From an uncultured Erysipelotrichaceae bacterium (GTDB taxonomy: Bacteria > Bacillota_I > Bacilli_A > Erysipelotrichales > Erysipelotrichaceae), in contig CAYMGC010000002.1 in the NCBI GenBank assembly GCA_964389885.1, positions 1 to 45,853 on the forward strand: DNA of 45,853 nucleotides. Direction: 5' to 3'. Made by a program: the position numbers and the translations under genes. Under the pieces are notes generated by a model, which was not told where the DNA came from, did no database searches, and saw only the letters and a program-made list of their open reading frames with translations. Shown piece after piece: positions 28,572 to 37,547 of this stretch (positions are counted from its first letter, which is position 1; each line of letters opens with the position of its first letter).

Positions 28572-29936
28572 CTAAAAGTCTCCTTTCAGGCAAGCTTGTA
28601 CGACTTCATCCATTTTCATAGCCCGACTCCCTTTTACTAAAATCACCGTATCATCAAAAGCAAAAGGTTGAAGGGCAGCAATGAGATCTTGTTTGGTTTG
28701 AAAATGCGTTTTGGTTTGATCAAACGCACGGCTTGTTTCTTCACTTAAAGAACCCCAAGTAAAAAGCACGTCGACTCCTAATTCTTGGGCCCATTTTCCT
28801 ACTTGGGCATGCAGTTCTTTTTCTTCTTTTCCTAAATCCAACATATCGCTTAAAACCGCGATGTGCTTGGTAGCGGGAATATCGATCAAGGCATGAAGCG
28901 CTTCATACACGGCTTCGGGATTGGATTTATACGTATCATCCAATAAAATACTTTGTTTCCAAGGATGCAAATCGCCACGCATCGGAGTGAGTTTTGCGGT
29001 AGCCAGCCCTTCGTGCCACAAAGTGGGATTGACACCTCCCGCCTTGGCAGCAAGTAAAGCGGCAGTGGCGTTAAAGGCTTGTACTTTGGAAGCACTAGGC
29101 ACTAAAAAAGGCGTATTGGAAAGAGCTGGAAGCCTAAAGGATACTCCTTGTCGGGTATGGTCAAAATCACACGGCGCATACTGGGTATCTTTTCCATAAG
29201 GTAAAATGGTCCAAGAGGGATCCATTTTACAAGTGGCTAAAGCTTCTTGTATTTCTGGACTATCCGCGTGGTAAATAAAGGTTCCTCCAGGTTTTAAAGA
29301 GGATAAAATTTCGCACTTGGCTTTGGCAATGTTTAACTTACTGCCTAAATTTTCCATATGAGCACTTCCAATTGAAGTAATAATGGCAATGTCCAAAGGC
29401 GCAATGGAACACAGGTATTCAATTTCGCCCGCATTTTCCATTCCCATTTCCAAAATCAACACCCGATCCTCACGACTTGCTTCAAAAATCGTTAAGGGAA
29501 GGCCGATTTCATTATTGTGGTTCCCTTGAGTTTTCCAAGTTTTTTCTTGCAAGGAAAATAGACTTGCACAAAAATCTTTGGTAGAGGTTTTACCATTGCT
29601 TCCCGTAATGCCAATGGTAAAAGGGGAAAGGTCTTTGAGCCATCCCGCTGCTAAGCGCCCCATGGCTAAAATCGGATCGTCTACCACAATAATGGGAAAA
29701 TCAGTAGGAAAAGGAACATGATCTGCTTTCCACACCATCGCTGCGGCGTTGGCTTGGCAAACTTGCTTGGCAAACTCATGGCCATCCACCCGACTTCCTA
29801 CAATGGGCACAAACAACATGCCCTCTTGAATGGCTCGAGAATCCGTACTTACACCAGAAAAGACTTGATCTTTCTGGCCATTGAAAAGCTGGCCCTTCAT
29901 TAAAGTGGCCGCTTGTTGAAAGGTCATTGTAATCAT
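28572..29936 (-). CDS. murF: UDP-MurNAc-tripeptide--D-Ala-D-X ligase
   Basis: TDSR, DGH, ITGSNGKTSTK, NNEIGLP, EMG, DMLDLG, KGSR. Confidence 0.95.
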   Translation of the reverse strand: MITMTFQQAATLMKGQLFNGQKDQVFSGVSTDSRAIQEGMLFVPIVGSRVDGHEFAKQVCQANAAAMVWKADHVPFPTDFPIIVVDDPILAMGRLAAGWLKDLSPFTIGITGSNGKTSTKDFCASLFSLQEKTWKTQGNHNNEIGLPLTIFEASREDRVLILEMGMENAGEIEYLCSIAPLDIAIITSIGSAHMENLGSKLNIAKAKCEILSSLKPGGTFIYHADSPEIQEALATCKMDPSWTILPYGKDTQYAPCDFDHTRQGVSFRLPALSNTPFLVPSASKVQAFNATAALLAAKAGGVNPTLWHEGLATAKLTPMRGDLHPWKQSILLDDTYKSNPEAVYEALHALIDIPATKHIAVLSDMLDLGKEEKELHAQVGKWAQELGVDVLFTWGSLSEETSRAFDQTKTHFQTKQDLIAALQPFAFDDTVILVKGSRAMKMDEVVQACLKGDF

Positions 29937-30096
29937 AAAAATCATCCTTAAGAATCTTTGCCATTATAGCATTCTCAAAAAAAGGCAAAAGTCCCCTAAA
30001 CTTTTTTGACACTCTTCTTTAACGACTTGCCTTTGATTTTTAACTTTTCAAAAGAAAAGAAGATAGGCTTTAAAAATGAATCATTTAAAGGAATGT

Positions 30097-30201
30097 AAAT
30101 AGGGAAATTTCCCCACTTTATCGTTTTATTTCCCCTTAAATAGGGAAATCTAATAAAAATATCCCCTATTTTTCGGTTTTACCTGCCACTTATGGTACAA
30201 T
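30097..30201 (+). promoter_or_regulatory. Extended -10 promoter (TGgTACAAT, 30193-30201) with upstream repeated AAATAGGGAAAT/TCCCC boxes
   Basis: Motifs seen directly; no consensus -35. Confidence 0.55.
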
Positions 30202-30205
30202 TGAA

Positions 30206-30311
30206 GTGCAAAGCTCCCATGAACTTTGTGCGAAATGGTTTTTCGTTTCGAATGTTTTATCCCCTTAGACGAAAAGTCTGGCCTCCCCTTAGCCTGACTT
30301 TTCTTTTTTTT
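30206..30311 (+). ncRNA. Candidate ~105-nt small RNA with three C-rich motifs
   Basis: Promoter, 5' hairpin, terminator GAAAAGTCtGGC/GCCtGACTTTTC + T8, no credible SD-led ORF; opposite strand to both neighbours. Confidence 0.6.
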
Positions 30312-30372
30312 GCTCTTTTAGCTTGAAGGATAAATAAAAAAAAGAGACACAAACCGTGCCTCTTTGGCGTTT

Positions 30373-30795
30373 TTAGTCGTTTTTTAGCCCTTCTTGTAGC
30401 GTTTGCACAATTTGATTGAAATCGACCGGATCAATTGAGCCGTGTTCTAAGACAAAGCGATCTTTGGTTTTATCTTGATAACGAGGAATAACATGGACGT
30501 GAAAGTGATCCACCGTTTGGCCGGCGACTTCTCCACAGTTGGCCACCACATTGATTCCTTCACACCCTAAGCTTTGTTGCATGGCTTGGCCAACTTTTTG
30601 GGCGACTTCAAATACGTGACCAAGTTTTGAAGCGGGATAGTCCAACAAACTGCTCGCATGGTCTTTAGGCAAAATGAGCGCATGACCAACACTAGTAGGA
30701 TTAATATCCAAAATCACGCGTAAGTCTTCATCTTCATAAAGAGTCGAAGAGGGAATTTCCCCTGCAGCAATGCGACAAAAAAGACAATCGTTCAT
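30373..30795 (-). CDS. hit: HIT family nucleotide hydrolase
   Basis: CLFCRI, GHALILPKDH, AGQTVDHFHVHVIPR. Confidence 0.94.
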   Translation of the reverse strand: MNDCLFCRIAAGEIPSSTLYEDEDLRVILDINPTSVGHALILPKDHASSLLDYPASKLGHVFEVAQKVGQAMQQSLGCEGINVVANCGEVAGQTVDHFHVHVIPRYQDKTKDRFVLEHGSIDPVDFNQIVQTLQEGLKND

Positions 30796-30800
30796 AAAAT

Positions 30801-31546
30801 CTGCTACTCAAAATATAGACAAAAATACTCTAAGAGAATTCCGGCTTCATCCTGTCGGCTTTTATAACGAGTCCTACTCACAATCATGAACCGTCCACAG
30901 GTGTCCCGTATAGCCTACAATACAGACTTGGCTTTTTTAGGCCCTCTGCTAAGTCAAACAATCCCTCAAGACTTGCATTGAAATCCCGGTGACTATACCC
31001 ACATTGATCCCATAGGTTCGATCTGATAACTTCAAGGCTTGATACAACCACAAGGCATGTTTTGTTTGATGGATAAAATCGATCAACAAGCCGTAGTTCA
31101 ATACCATAGTCTTTATTCTTTCCATTTTGTAGTTATCTTTGTTCTAAACTCGAACAATTTCTATTGGGGCCTTTGAAAGATGTCTTTATCATTCCTGTGT
31201 TATTCAGGTCTTCAAGTGTTAAGCTAGCTTGGTTTTCACCAATTCGGATATTACTTTATGGATCCGTTCTGATACAGTCTAGTTTGGGATAAAGTTTTTG
31301 TACTTTCAGCTTTTGTTTTTGTTTGTCGAGTAGCTTCTCCTTTCCTAATTTTATTTGGTAACTTTTTTAGACTTTCGTATTTCCTATACTCAGAATATTG
31401 TTTATCTGTATAGGCTCTTCTACCTTTTGGTGTGCAATAGGCTGTAAATTCTTTCGGTTTATACATCCTCATAAGCGCACTTCCCTATAGGTATGTAATA
31501 TAACCTTTAAACACTTTTGTCAGTTTTTTCTATTTGTTTAGTAACG
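30801..31546 (-). mobile_element. Degenerate, internally deleted IS607-family element (tnpA/tnpB relic with omegaRNA-like right end)
   Basis: TnpA-like start MYKPKEF..TPKGRRAYTDKQY joined to frameshifted TnpB fragments; right end ...TTTTGAGTAGCAG; left flank ends in GG. Confidence 0.85.
30950..31390 (-). pseudogene. tnpB: TnpB C-terminal half, multiply frameshifted
   Basis: Fragments KQKLKVQKLY, KVISELVKTK, LEDLN, FEFRTK, YGIELRLVDRFYPSNKTC, CG, LKLSDRTY, CGY, RDFNASL in shifting frames. Confidence 0.85.
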
Positions 31547-31552
31547 CCTTTT

Positions 31553-32470
31553 TTATCTACTTTTTTTATGGGCCTTTTTTAATTGTATCCAATTGGCAGG
31601 TCCATGGGCTTCTTGAGAAGTCTTGGGTATTTCTTCTAAAGAGGCTTCTTTTTGTTCAAGAGAAGGTGGACTGATCCATAAGGCGGTACTGTTTGGAATA
31701 TGACCAAACGTTTCCAAAGAAAACCAATCGGTATATTGCTCGCAAAGGGGTTCTAAAAAGGATACGATCGCCTCTAAAGTGGCTTGTCTAGAGCCAAATT
31801 GCGTTTCTAAAGCGTTAAAGCGGCCTAAGACAATGCCTTGCAATTCTTGAAAAACCCCCGCTTGACTGAGATGGGCACTCATAGAACGAAATGCGTTCCA
31901 ATCGGCTGACATCGATTCAAGAACTAAGTATCCCCCTTTGCAACAAGGCATATAGGGCGTTCCAGCTAGCTTTAAAAAGCAACGAATATTCCCACCGGCC
32001 AGTCTTGCGTGTTTAGGCCAAGGAACATGGCCATTTAAACTTTGCATTGGAATCTCCAAGGGATTTCCTTGAAAAATCCGAATGGCTTGTTGCATGGAAA
32101 TTTGATTCCAAAGAGGAAACAACAAAGCACGACGTTTGGCTTTCACGGCCAACGCGTTTACAATACACGTTCCATCACTGAAGGCACAATAAATGGTTCG
32201 ACTGTGGGCATAGGCTTCATAATCCAAATAAGGCAATACCAAATTGGCCAAATCCCCTCCTGAAACATCGGCAATCCAGGCATAGCGACCACTGCGCACG
32301 GCTTTATTAAAATCAGCCGCTTTTTTTAAAGGGGATAAGTCTTGCTCGAGATAAGGAGAAAGCTCGAGTTCAATGTTGGCTTGGGCAAAAATGGAAACAA
32401 GTCGTTCGTATTTGGTGCGATCCGCAATGGGATTGGATAAAGCCACTAAATAAACACGAATGGATGCCAT
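31553..32470 (-). CDS. S66 family peptidase (LD-carboxypeptidase/MccF-like)
   Basis: GGD..N..LPYLDY, FSD (Ser), GGN, LES (Glu), FGH (His). Confidence 0.85.
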   Translation of the reverse strand: MASIRVYLVALSNPIADRTKYERLVSIFAQANIELELSPYLEQDLSPLKKAADFNKAVRSGRYAWIADVSGGDLANLVLPYLDYEAYAHSRTIYCAFSDGTCIVNALAVKAKRRALLFPLWNQISMQQAIRIFQGNPLEIPMQSLNGHVPWPKHARLAGGNIRCFLKLAGTPYMPCCKGGYLVLESMSADWNAFRSMSAHLSQAGVFQELQGIVLGRFNALETQFGSRQATLEAIVSFLEPLCEQYTDWFSLETFGHIPNSTALWISPPSLEQKEASLEEIPKTSQEAHGPANWIQLKKAHKKSR

Positions 32471-32600
32471 AGCACTTCCTCCTTTTTAGTTTTACAATGC
32501 GTCCAAGCGATTTAAGGGGCTTATTGTACGAAAGAGAAAAAATAAGCCGATACAATACCTACAACAAGCGGTCTTTAAACCGTTTGTGGAGGTAAAAACA

Positions 32601-33086
32601 ATGGCTAAAACATTTACAATTACGATGGAAAATGGCGATGTCATTAAAGGGGAACTGTATCCTGAAAAAGCTCCAAAAACCGTGGAAAATTTCGAAACCC
32701 TCGCCAATCAAGGATTTTACGATGGCTTAAAATTTCATCGGGTTATTCCTGGCTTTATGATTCAAGGAGGCGATCCTTTAGGAACTGGTATGGGCGGTCC
32801 TGGCCACACCATTCCAGGAGAATTTTCAGCCAATGGCTTTAAACAAAATGACCTCAAACATGTTCGGGGCGTTTTGTCTATGGCTCGTTCCCAAAACCCC
32901 AATTCGGCGGGTAGCCAATTTTTCATTATGCATGGCGATTCACCATGGCTTGATGGACAATATGCCGCGTTTGGAAAAGTGACTTCCGGTATCGAAGGGG
33001 TCGATAAAGTGGCTCAAGTCAAAACCAATGCCATGGACAAACCCTTAAAGGATCAAGTTATTCGTTCTATTCGAGTAGAAGGATAG
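32601..33086 (+). CDS. ppiB: Cyclophilin-type peptidyl-prolyl isomerase
   Basis: APKTVENF, FHRVIPGFMIQGGDP, SMAR, SQFFI, LDGQYAAFGKV; ATG after GGAGG. Confidence 0.95.
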   Translation: MAKTFTITMENGDVIKGELYPEKAPKTVENFETLANQGFYDGLKFHRVIPGFMIQGGDPLGTGMGGPGHTIPGEFSANGFKQNDLKHVRGVLSMARSQNPNSAGSQFFIMHGDSPWLDGQYAAFGKVTSGIEGVDKVAQVKTNAMDKPLKDQVIRSIRVEG

Positions 33087-33228
33087 ATTTAAAATGGTTT
33101 TAAGGCTGTAACAGACCAATTGTAACAAAAAAATAAACGATACAAAACGCTTGCCAAACTTAGCTCTATTTTCTAAAAAGAGCTGATTTTAAAGCGATCT
33201 TGAAAAGAAAAAGGCTTCGGCCTTTTTT

Positions 33229-34626
33229 TTATGAAAGGGAAAAGAGAGAAAAGTCGATATCCTTTGAAGAATTTGTAGTGGCAAGGGGAAGATGATCGAT
33301 TTTAGGTCGGGTTTGGCGTAACGTATCCAATACTCGGCATAAGCGATTGGCTTCGCTATACTTTTCAAAACGTTCCATTTCATACAGTTGAATGCGTAAA
33401 AAAAAGATCGCAAGTTCTCGAGTGGCAGGTAAAGTCGTCAATTGTTTACGCCAAAAATGTTCACAACGTCTACAAAACAGTTTTAAAAATGGATCTTGTT
33501 CCTCTTTTTTCTTTTCGGCTAAATCGAAAAGGGGTTCAAATATCTTTAAAATTTCTAAATCGCTTGGACAGTTGGCTAAACTTTGCTCTAAGCGAGTCAA
33601 TGCCTCTTTTCCTTTTTGGATTTGACCCAAGCGATAAAAACAATACACTTGAAAAACCAAATTGGAATTGGTGGAGATACCAAATTTGGCTTCTAAAGCG
33701 TTTGCTTCTTGAAGACTTTGTTGGAAATCTTGGGCCATTAAATAGCACCAGATTAAATTGTCTTGAATGGCCTGCGGCAAATGATCCAATTCAAAGGGAA
33801 AAACGGTGCGTTGAAGTTGATGGAACAATTTACGAGCTTGTTTATAATTGCCAATCGACATCAAATAAACCCCTTCATCAAAGTCAAGATGAATCAAGCG
33901 CAAGTAATTGTGTTGGCGATGAGCCACGGATTGCAGATGATGAAGAAGTTCACGCACTTCGACTCTTGAATCCGGACAGACCACTAAGGCTTTCATTTGA
34001 TAATAGGCGACCAAAGAGATCAGCCCTGGAAAACGACTCATCTCTTCATTTAAATTGAGACTGTTAAAAAAGCGCTGACTGATTTGCCATTGGCGTGAAC
34101 GAGTCAACCACATCAAAACAGCGAGAGCATAAATGGTTTGTAAATCACTAGTACAATCCATGATCATTCGTTCAAGGCATCGTAAGCGATGGATAAGAGG
34201 CTCTTGTAAGGCTTCTGTAGCCATGGTTAAAGGCATTTGATCGAGTTTTATTAAAATGTCCAAAAAGACCAAATAAAAATAGCCATCACAAAAATCTTTG
34301 GTCGCATCGAAATGCCATTTTGCAAAGCGGCGGCGAACCGCTTGTTTTTGACGTGAATCCAAGTAATACATTCCTTGAATAAAATTGGCTATCATATCTA
34401 GAATTTCTTCGCGCTTATCGGGCTCAAGAATTTTAAAATGGCTATTCATGTGCAGTAAGCCCTTTTCAAACGCAAAAGGGGAAAAAGTGCGTTTACCATT
34501 TTCCATGTTGGAAAGCGAACTTTTCGAGATAGAAATGGCACAAGCTACATTTTCAATGGAATAGCCTTTGGATTGACGAATCCAGCGAAACACGAGTCGC
34601 TGCATTAATGGCAGATCAAATTCCAT
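33229..34626 (-). CDS. XRE-type HTH plus TPR-like helical domain regulator (Rgg/RRNPP-like architecture)
   Basis: IRQSKGYSIENVA..ISKSSLSNMENG HTH; helical repeats in the C-terminal part; start MEFDL with SD AGAAAG. Confidence 0.75.
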   Translation of the reverse strand: MEFDLPLMQRLVFRWIRQSKGYSIENVACAISISKSSLSNMENGKRTFSPFAFEKGLLHMNSHFKILEPDKREEILDMIANFIQGMYYLDSRQKQAVRRRFAKWHFDATKDFCDGYFYLVFLDILIKLDQMPLTMATEALQEPLIHRLRCLERMIMDCTSDLQTIYALAVLMWLTRSRQWQISQRFFNSLNLNEEMSRFPGLISLVAYYQMKALVVCPDSRVEVRELLHHLQSVAHRQHNYLRLIHLDFDEGVYLMSIGNYKQARKLFHQLQRTVFPFELDHLPQAIQDNLIWCYLMAQDFQQSLQEANALEAKFGISTNSNLVFQVYCFYRLGQIQKGKEALTRLEQSLANCPSDLEILKIFEPLFDLAEKKKEEQDPFLKLFCRRCEHFWRKQLTTLPATRELAIFFLRIQLYEMERFEKYSEANRLCRVLDTLRQTRPKIDHLPLATTNSSKDIDFSLFSLS

Positions 34627-34706
34627 AAAAAGACTTCTTTCTATACGTTTTAACGAAAAGTTGGAAAAATTTTCCGTTATCCAAAATAGGAGATTAGGAT
34701 ATAGGG

Positions 34707-35459
34707 ATGAAAACATTTCCCTTTCGGTTTACAAGCCTCTTGCGCCCCATGATTTACTTCTTTTTCTTTTCACTGGGGTATGGGCTTGGTGAACTTTACT
34801 TATTGCAATACGATGCGCCAAGATGGATAGAGTGCATTTGGTTAGCGATTTTTGGCCTCGGCCTATATTTTGTTTGTACCTTAATTTGGGGTAAAAAGCG
34901 GCAAACGTTGGCTTGGCCTAAGGTGCTTGAGGTCTTGGGACTTTGCTTAGGATTAAATTTGTTTACCACCTATTGTATTTCGCCCCTTTCTTTAGCCCAA
35001 GGACCACTCGTCTTATTGGGAGCTTTGTTAGGAACGGGATGTTTATTGGGGGCTTTACCCACTTTGATTTTATTTTTTAAGGCGATTTATGAGGATCAAA
35101 AAACGTTTCAAGCCCAATGGCAAAGCGTCCTAGCCACTTGGCGCCAAAAATTTTGGGTGATTTTGAATTTATGGCTTTTGTTATTTGGCTTAATGTTTCT
35201 TTGGGACAATCTCATAGGTGGTCCCTTATATACCGCTACTCGCTTTGATGCTCCATCTCTTTTTACCACGTTGTTGTTTTTAAAGGAACCTACGGTGTAT
35301 TTAGAACTGATTTTATCCTTCTCCTTAGGAGCAGATGGTACCTATGAGCTGATTATGCTTGGTTTAATGGAAGCCCTTGGCGCCATTTTTTTAGAATGCA
35401 ATATTATTTCTTGGTATGGCCAAGCCTATCAAGAGGCAATCGTCCAACGTTACTCATAA
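34707..35459 (+). CDS. Multi-pass membrane protein of unknown function
   Basis: About 6-7 hydrophobic segments, SD AGGA, terminator at ~35473-35512. Confidence 0.75.
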   Translation: MKTFPFRFTSLLRPMIYFFFFSLGYGLGELYLLQYDAPRWIECIWLAIFGLGLYFVCTLIWGKKRQTLAWPKVLEVLGLCLGLNLFTTYCISPLSLAQGPLVLLGALLGTGCLLGALPTLILFFKAIYEDQKTFQAQWQSVLATWRQKFWVILNLWLLLFGLMFLWDNLIGGPLYTATRFDAPSLFTTLLFLKEPTVYLELILSFSLGADGTYELIMLGLMEALGAIFLECNIISWYGQAYQEAIVQRYS

Positions 35460-35564
35460 AGCTTAAAGAATAAAAAAGGAAGTCTTATTTGGGTCAAAAG
35501 ACTTTCTTTTTCTTTTTTTCCAATTCTTAACGTATAAAAATTAAGCCTATTTGGAGGTGAGTTT

Positions 35565-37544
35565 ATGGATTCATGGCATGGAATTTCATTTACAGCTACC
35601 CAAAAAAAATTTTTAAACCAGCGTCATATTGCTTCATTAGAGGCTTTGCTTCATACCTATCCCTTACGGTATATTCAAATTCTTCCTTTTGAAGAGTGGC
35701 ATTCTGGCCAAGAAGTACTCTTTGAAGGACTCGTGTGTAGTGTATCGAGTAGTCAGCGAATTTCCAAAGGACGCATTGCCACAAAGGCCATTGTTATGGT
35801 CAACGATACCCCTTTGGAAGTCACTCTTTTTACCTATGGCTATTTTCCAAAACTAGAGATAGGACGCTCTTTAACGGTGTGTGGATATTATCAAGGGGCC
35901 AAAGCGGTACGAGCGTCTTGGACCAGTCTCATTCCTCTCGACTCACAAATGCAGCTTTATCCCATTTATTCTCTTCCCCTCAAAACTAGACGCGATACTA
36001 TGCTGCGTTTGGAAAAAAAGGCTTTACAAAAAGTGGAGAGTTTACCCGATCGCGTGCCAAACTACTTGCGCGAGCGCTATCGCTTATATCCTTTATCCAA
36101 AGCCTTACAAGCCGTTCATCGCCCGCAAAATGAGAAGGATTTGTATCAAGGCATTCGTGCTTTAAAATATGAAGAATTTCTCAGCTTTCATTGCGCTCGA
36201 CTATGTCAATCCATTCATGTACCCAAAAAGGGGCGTATCTTTGATCAAGCGCTCGTAGAGGCTTTTATTGAGCAATTGCCCTATCCTTTAACAGCCGATC
36301 AACGCCAAAGTTTGGATGAAATTTTAACGGATTTGCGCCAAGACCAAGCGATGTATCGCCTTTTGCAAGGCGATGTGGGATGTGGCAAAACGGCGGTAGC
36401 GGCTTGCGCTTTGTATGCCGCGAGCCTAGATCATGGCCAATGCGCTTTATTAGCCCCCACCGAAATTTTAGCCCGTCAACACGTAAACAGTTTAAAGCAA
36501 TTTGGTGTCCAAGCGGCTTTGCTTTGTAGTTCACTCAAAGCCAAAGAAAAAAAAGAAGTGTTACAAGGATTGCAAGATGGTTCCATTCAAGTGGTCGTGG
36601 GGACCCACGCTTTGTTTCAACCCGAAGTGCAATTTGATCATTTAACTTTGGTCATTGCCGATGAGCAACATCGCTTTGGCGTTTTGCAACGGCGCGCTTT
36701 GATTGAAAAGGGCTACCATTGTGATGTGTTGTTAATGAGTGCTACCCCTATTCCGCGGACTGCGGCGCATTTTTTGTATGGCGATATAGATTTATCGGCG
36801 ATTCATACCCTTCCTCCTGGACGAAAACCGGTTAAAACGCAATACATCCAAAGCAATTCCATGAAACCTGTGTTAGGGCGTATTTTAGAAGCCATTGAAC
36901 AAGAAGGCCGCCAAGTGTATGTGGTGTGTCCAGCCATTGAAGACAATCCCGAAGAAGGATTGGCTGCGGCCCAAAGCATTTATGATGGCATGCAACAAGT
37001 TTTAGGCGGCCGCTTTCAAATTGATTTATTACACGGAAAGATGAAGAATACGCAAAAAGAGGAAATTATGGCGCGCTTTAGCCAAGGGCAAACCCACATT
37101 TTAGTAGCGACTACCGTGATTGAAGTGGGTATCGATGTAGCCAATGCCACTGTAATGGTGATTTATGATGCCCATCGCTTTGGCCTTTCGGCCTTGCATC
37201 AATTACGAGGTCGATGTGCAAGAGGAAGCGTTCAAGGAGAATGTTATTTGTTATCGCCAAGTAAAAATAAAGAAGCCATTCAGCGGCTTCAAAAATTAGA
37301 AGAATTAGACAATGGCTTTGACTTAGCCACTTATGATTTAAAAATGCGCGGTCCTGGGGATTTACTGGGAACCCGTCAATCGGGTCTTCCCGCTTTTATT
37401 TTAGGAGATGCCACAAAAGACTTAGCTATGATGGAGTGTTGTGCTAAGGATGCCAAAGAAATCTTAGATCACCCAGAAAACCCTGCTCATCATGCGATGC
37501 TTGCGGCCCTTCGCCAAGGATTGGCGAATCCTTCTATTGACTAA
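35565..37544 (+). CDS. recG: ATP-dependent DNA helicase RecG
   Basis: LQGDVGCGKT, APTEILARQH, DEQHRFG, MSATPIPRT, HQLRGR, RGPGD..GTRQSG. Confidence 0.96.
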   Translation: MDSWHGISFTATQKKFLNQRHIASLEALLHTYPLRYIQILPFEEWHSGQEVLFEGLVCSVSSSQRISKGRIATKAIVMVNDTPLEVTLFTYGYFPKLEIGRSLTVCGYYQGAKAVRASWTSLIPLDSQMQLYPIYSLPLKTRRDTMLRLEKKALQKVESLPDRVPNYLRERYRLYPLSKALQAVHRPQNEKDLYQGIRALKYEEFLSFHCARLCQSIHVPKKGRIFDQALVEAFIEQLPYPLTADQRQSLDEILTDLRQDQAMYRLLQGDVGCGKTAVAACALYAASLDHGQCALLAPTEILARQHVNSLKQFGVQAALLCSSLKAKEKKEVLQGLQDGSIQVVVGTHALFQPEVQFDHLTLVIADEQHRFGVLQRRALIEKGYHCDVLLMSATPIPRTAAHFLYGDIDLSAIHTLPPGRKPVKTQYIQSNSMKPVLGRILEAIEQEGRQVYVVCPAIEDNPEEGLAAAQSIYDGMQQVLGGRFQIDLLHGKMKNTQKEEIMARFSQGQTHILVATTVIEVGIDVANATVMVIYDAHRFGLSALHQLRGRCARGSVQGECYLLSPSKNKEAIQRLQKLEELDNGFDLATYDLKMRGPGDLLGTRQSGLPAFILGDATKDLAMMECCAKDAKEILDHPENPAHHAMLAALRQGLANPSID

Positions 37545-37547
37545 ATT

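Noticed and set aside
31251-31472. 73-aa ORF as a functional gene
   Set aside because: Chimera of a TnpA stub and TnpB sequence that drifts out of frame, created by deletion.
30801-31546. IStron (group I intron plus IS607) that would splice out and restore the hit RBS
   Set aside because: Only ~75 nt lie between the left end and tnpA, too little for a group I intron core, and none is recognisable.
33489-34058. 189-aa ORF on + inside the first HTH-TPR regulator
   Set aside because: Fully antisense to a coherent gene, no motifs; the other short nested ORFs in the track were dismissed for the same reason.
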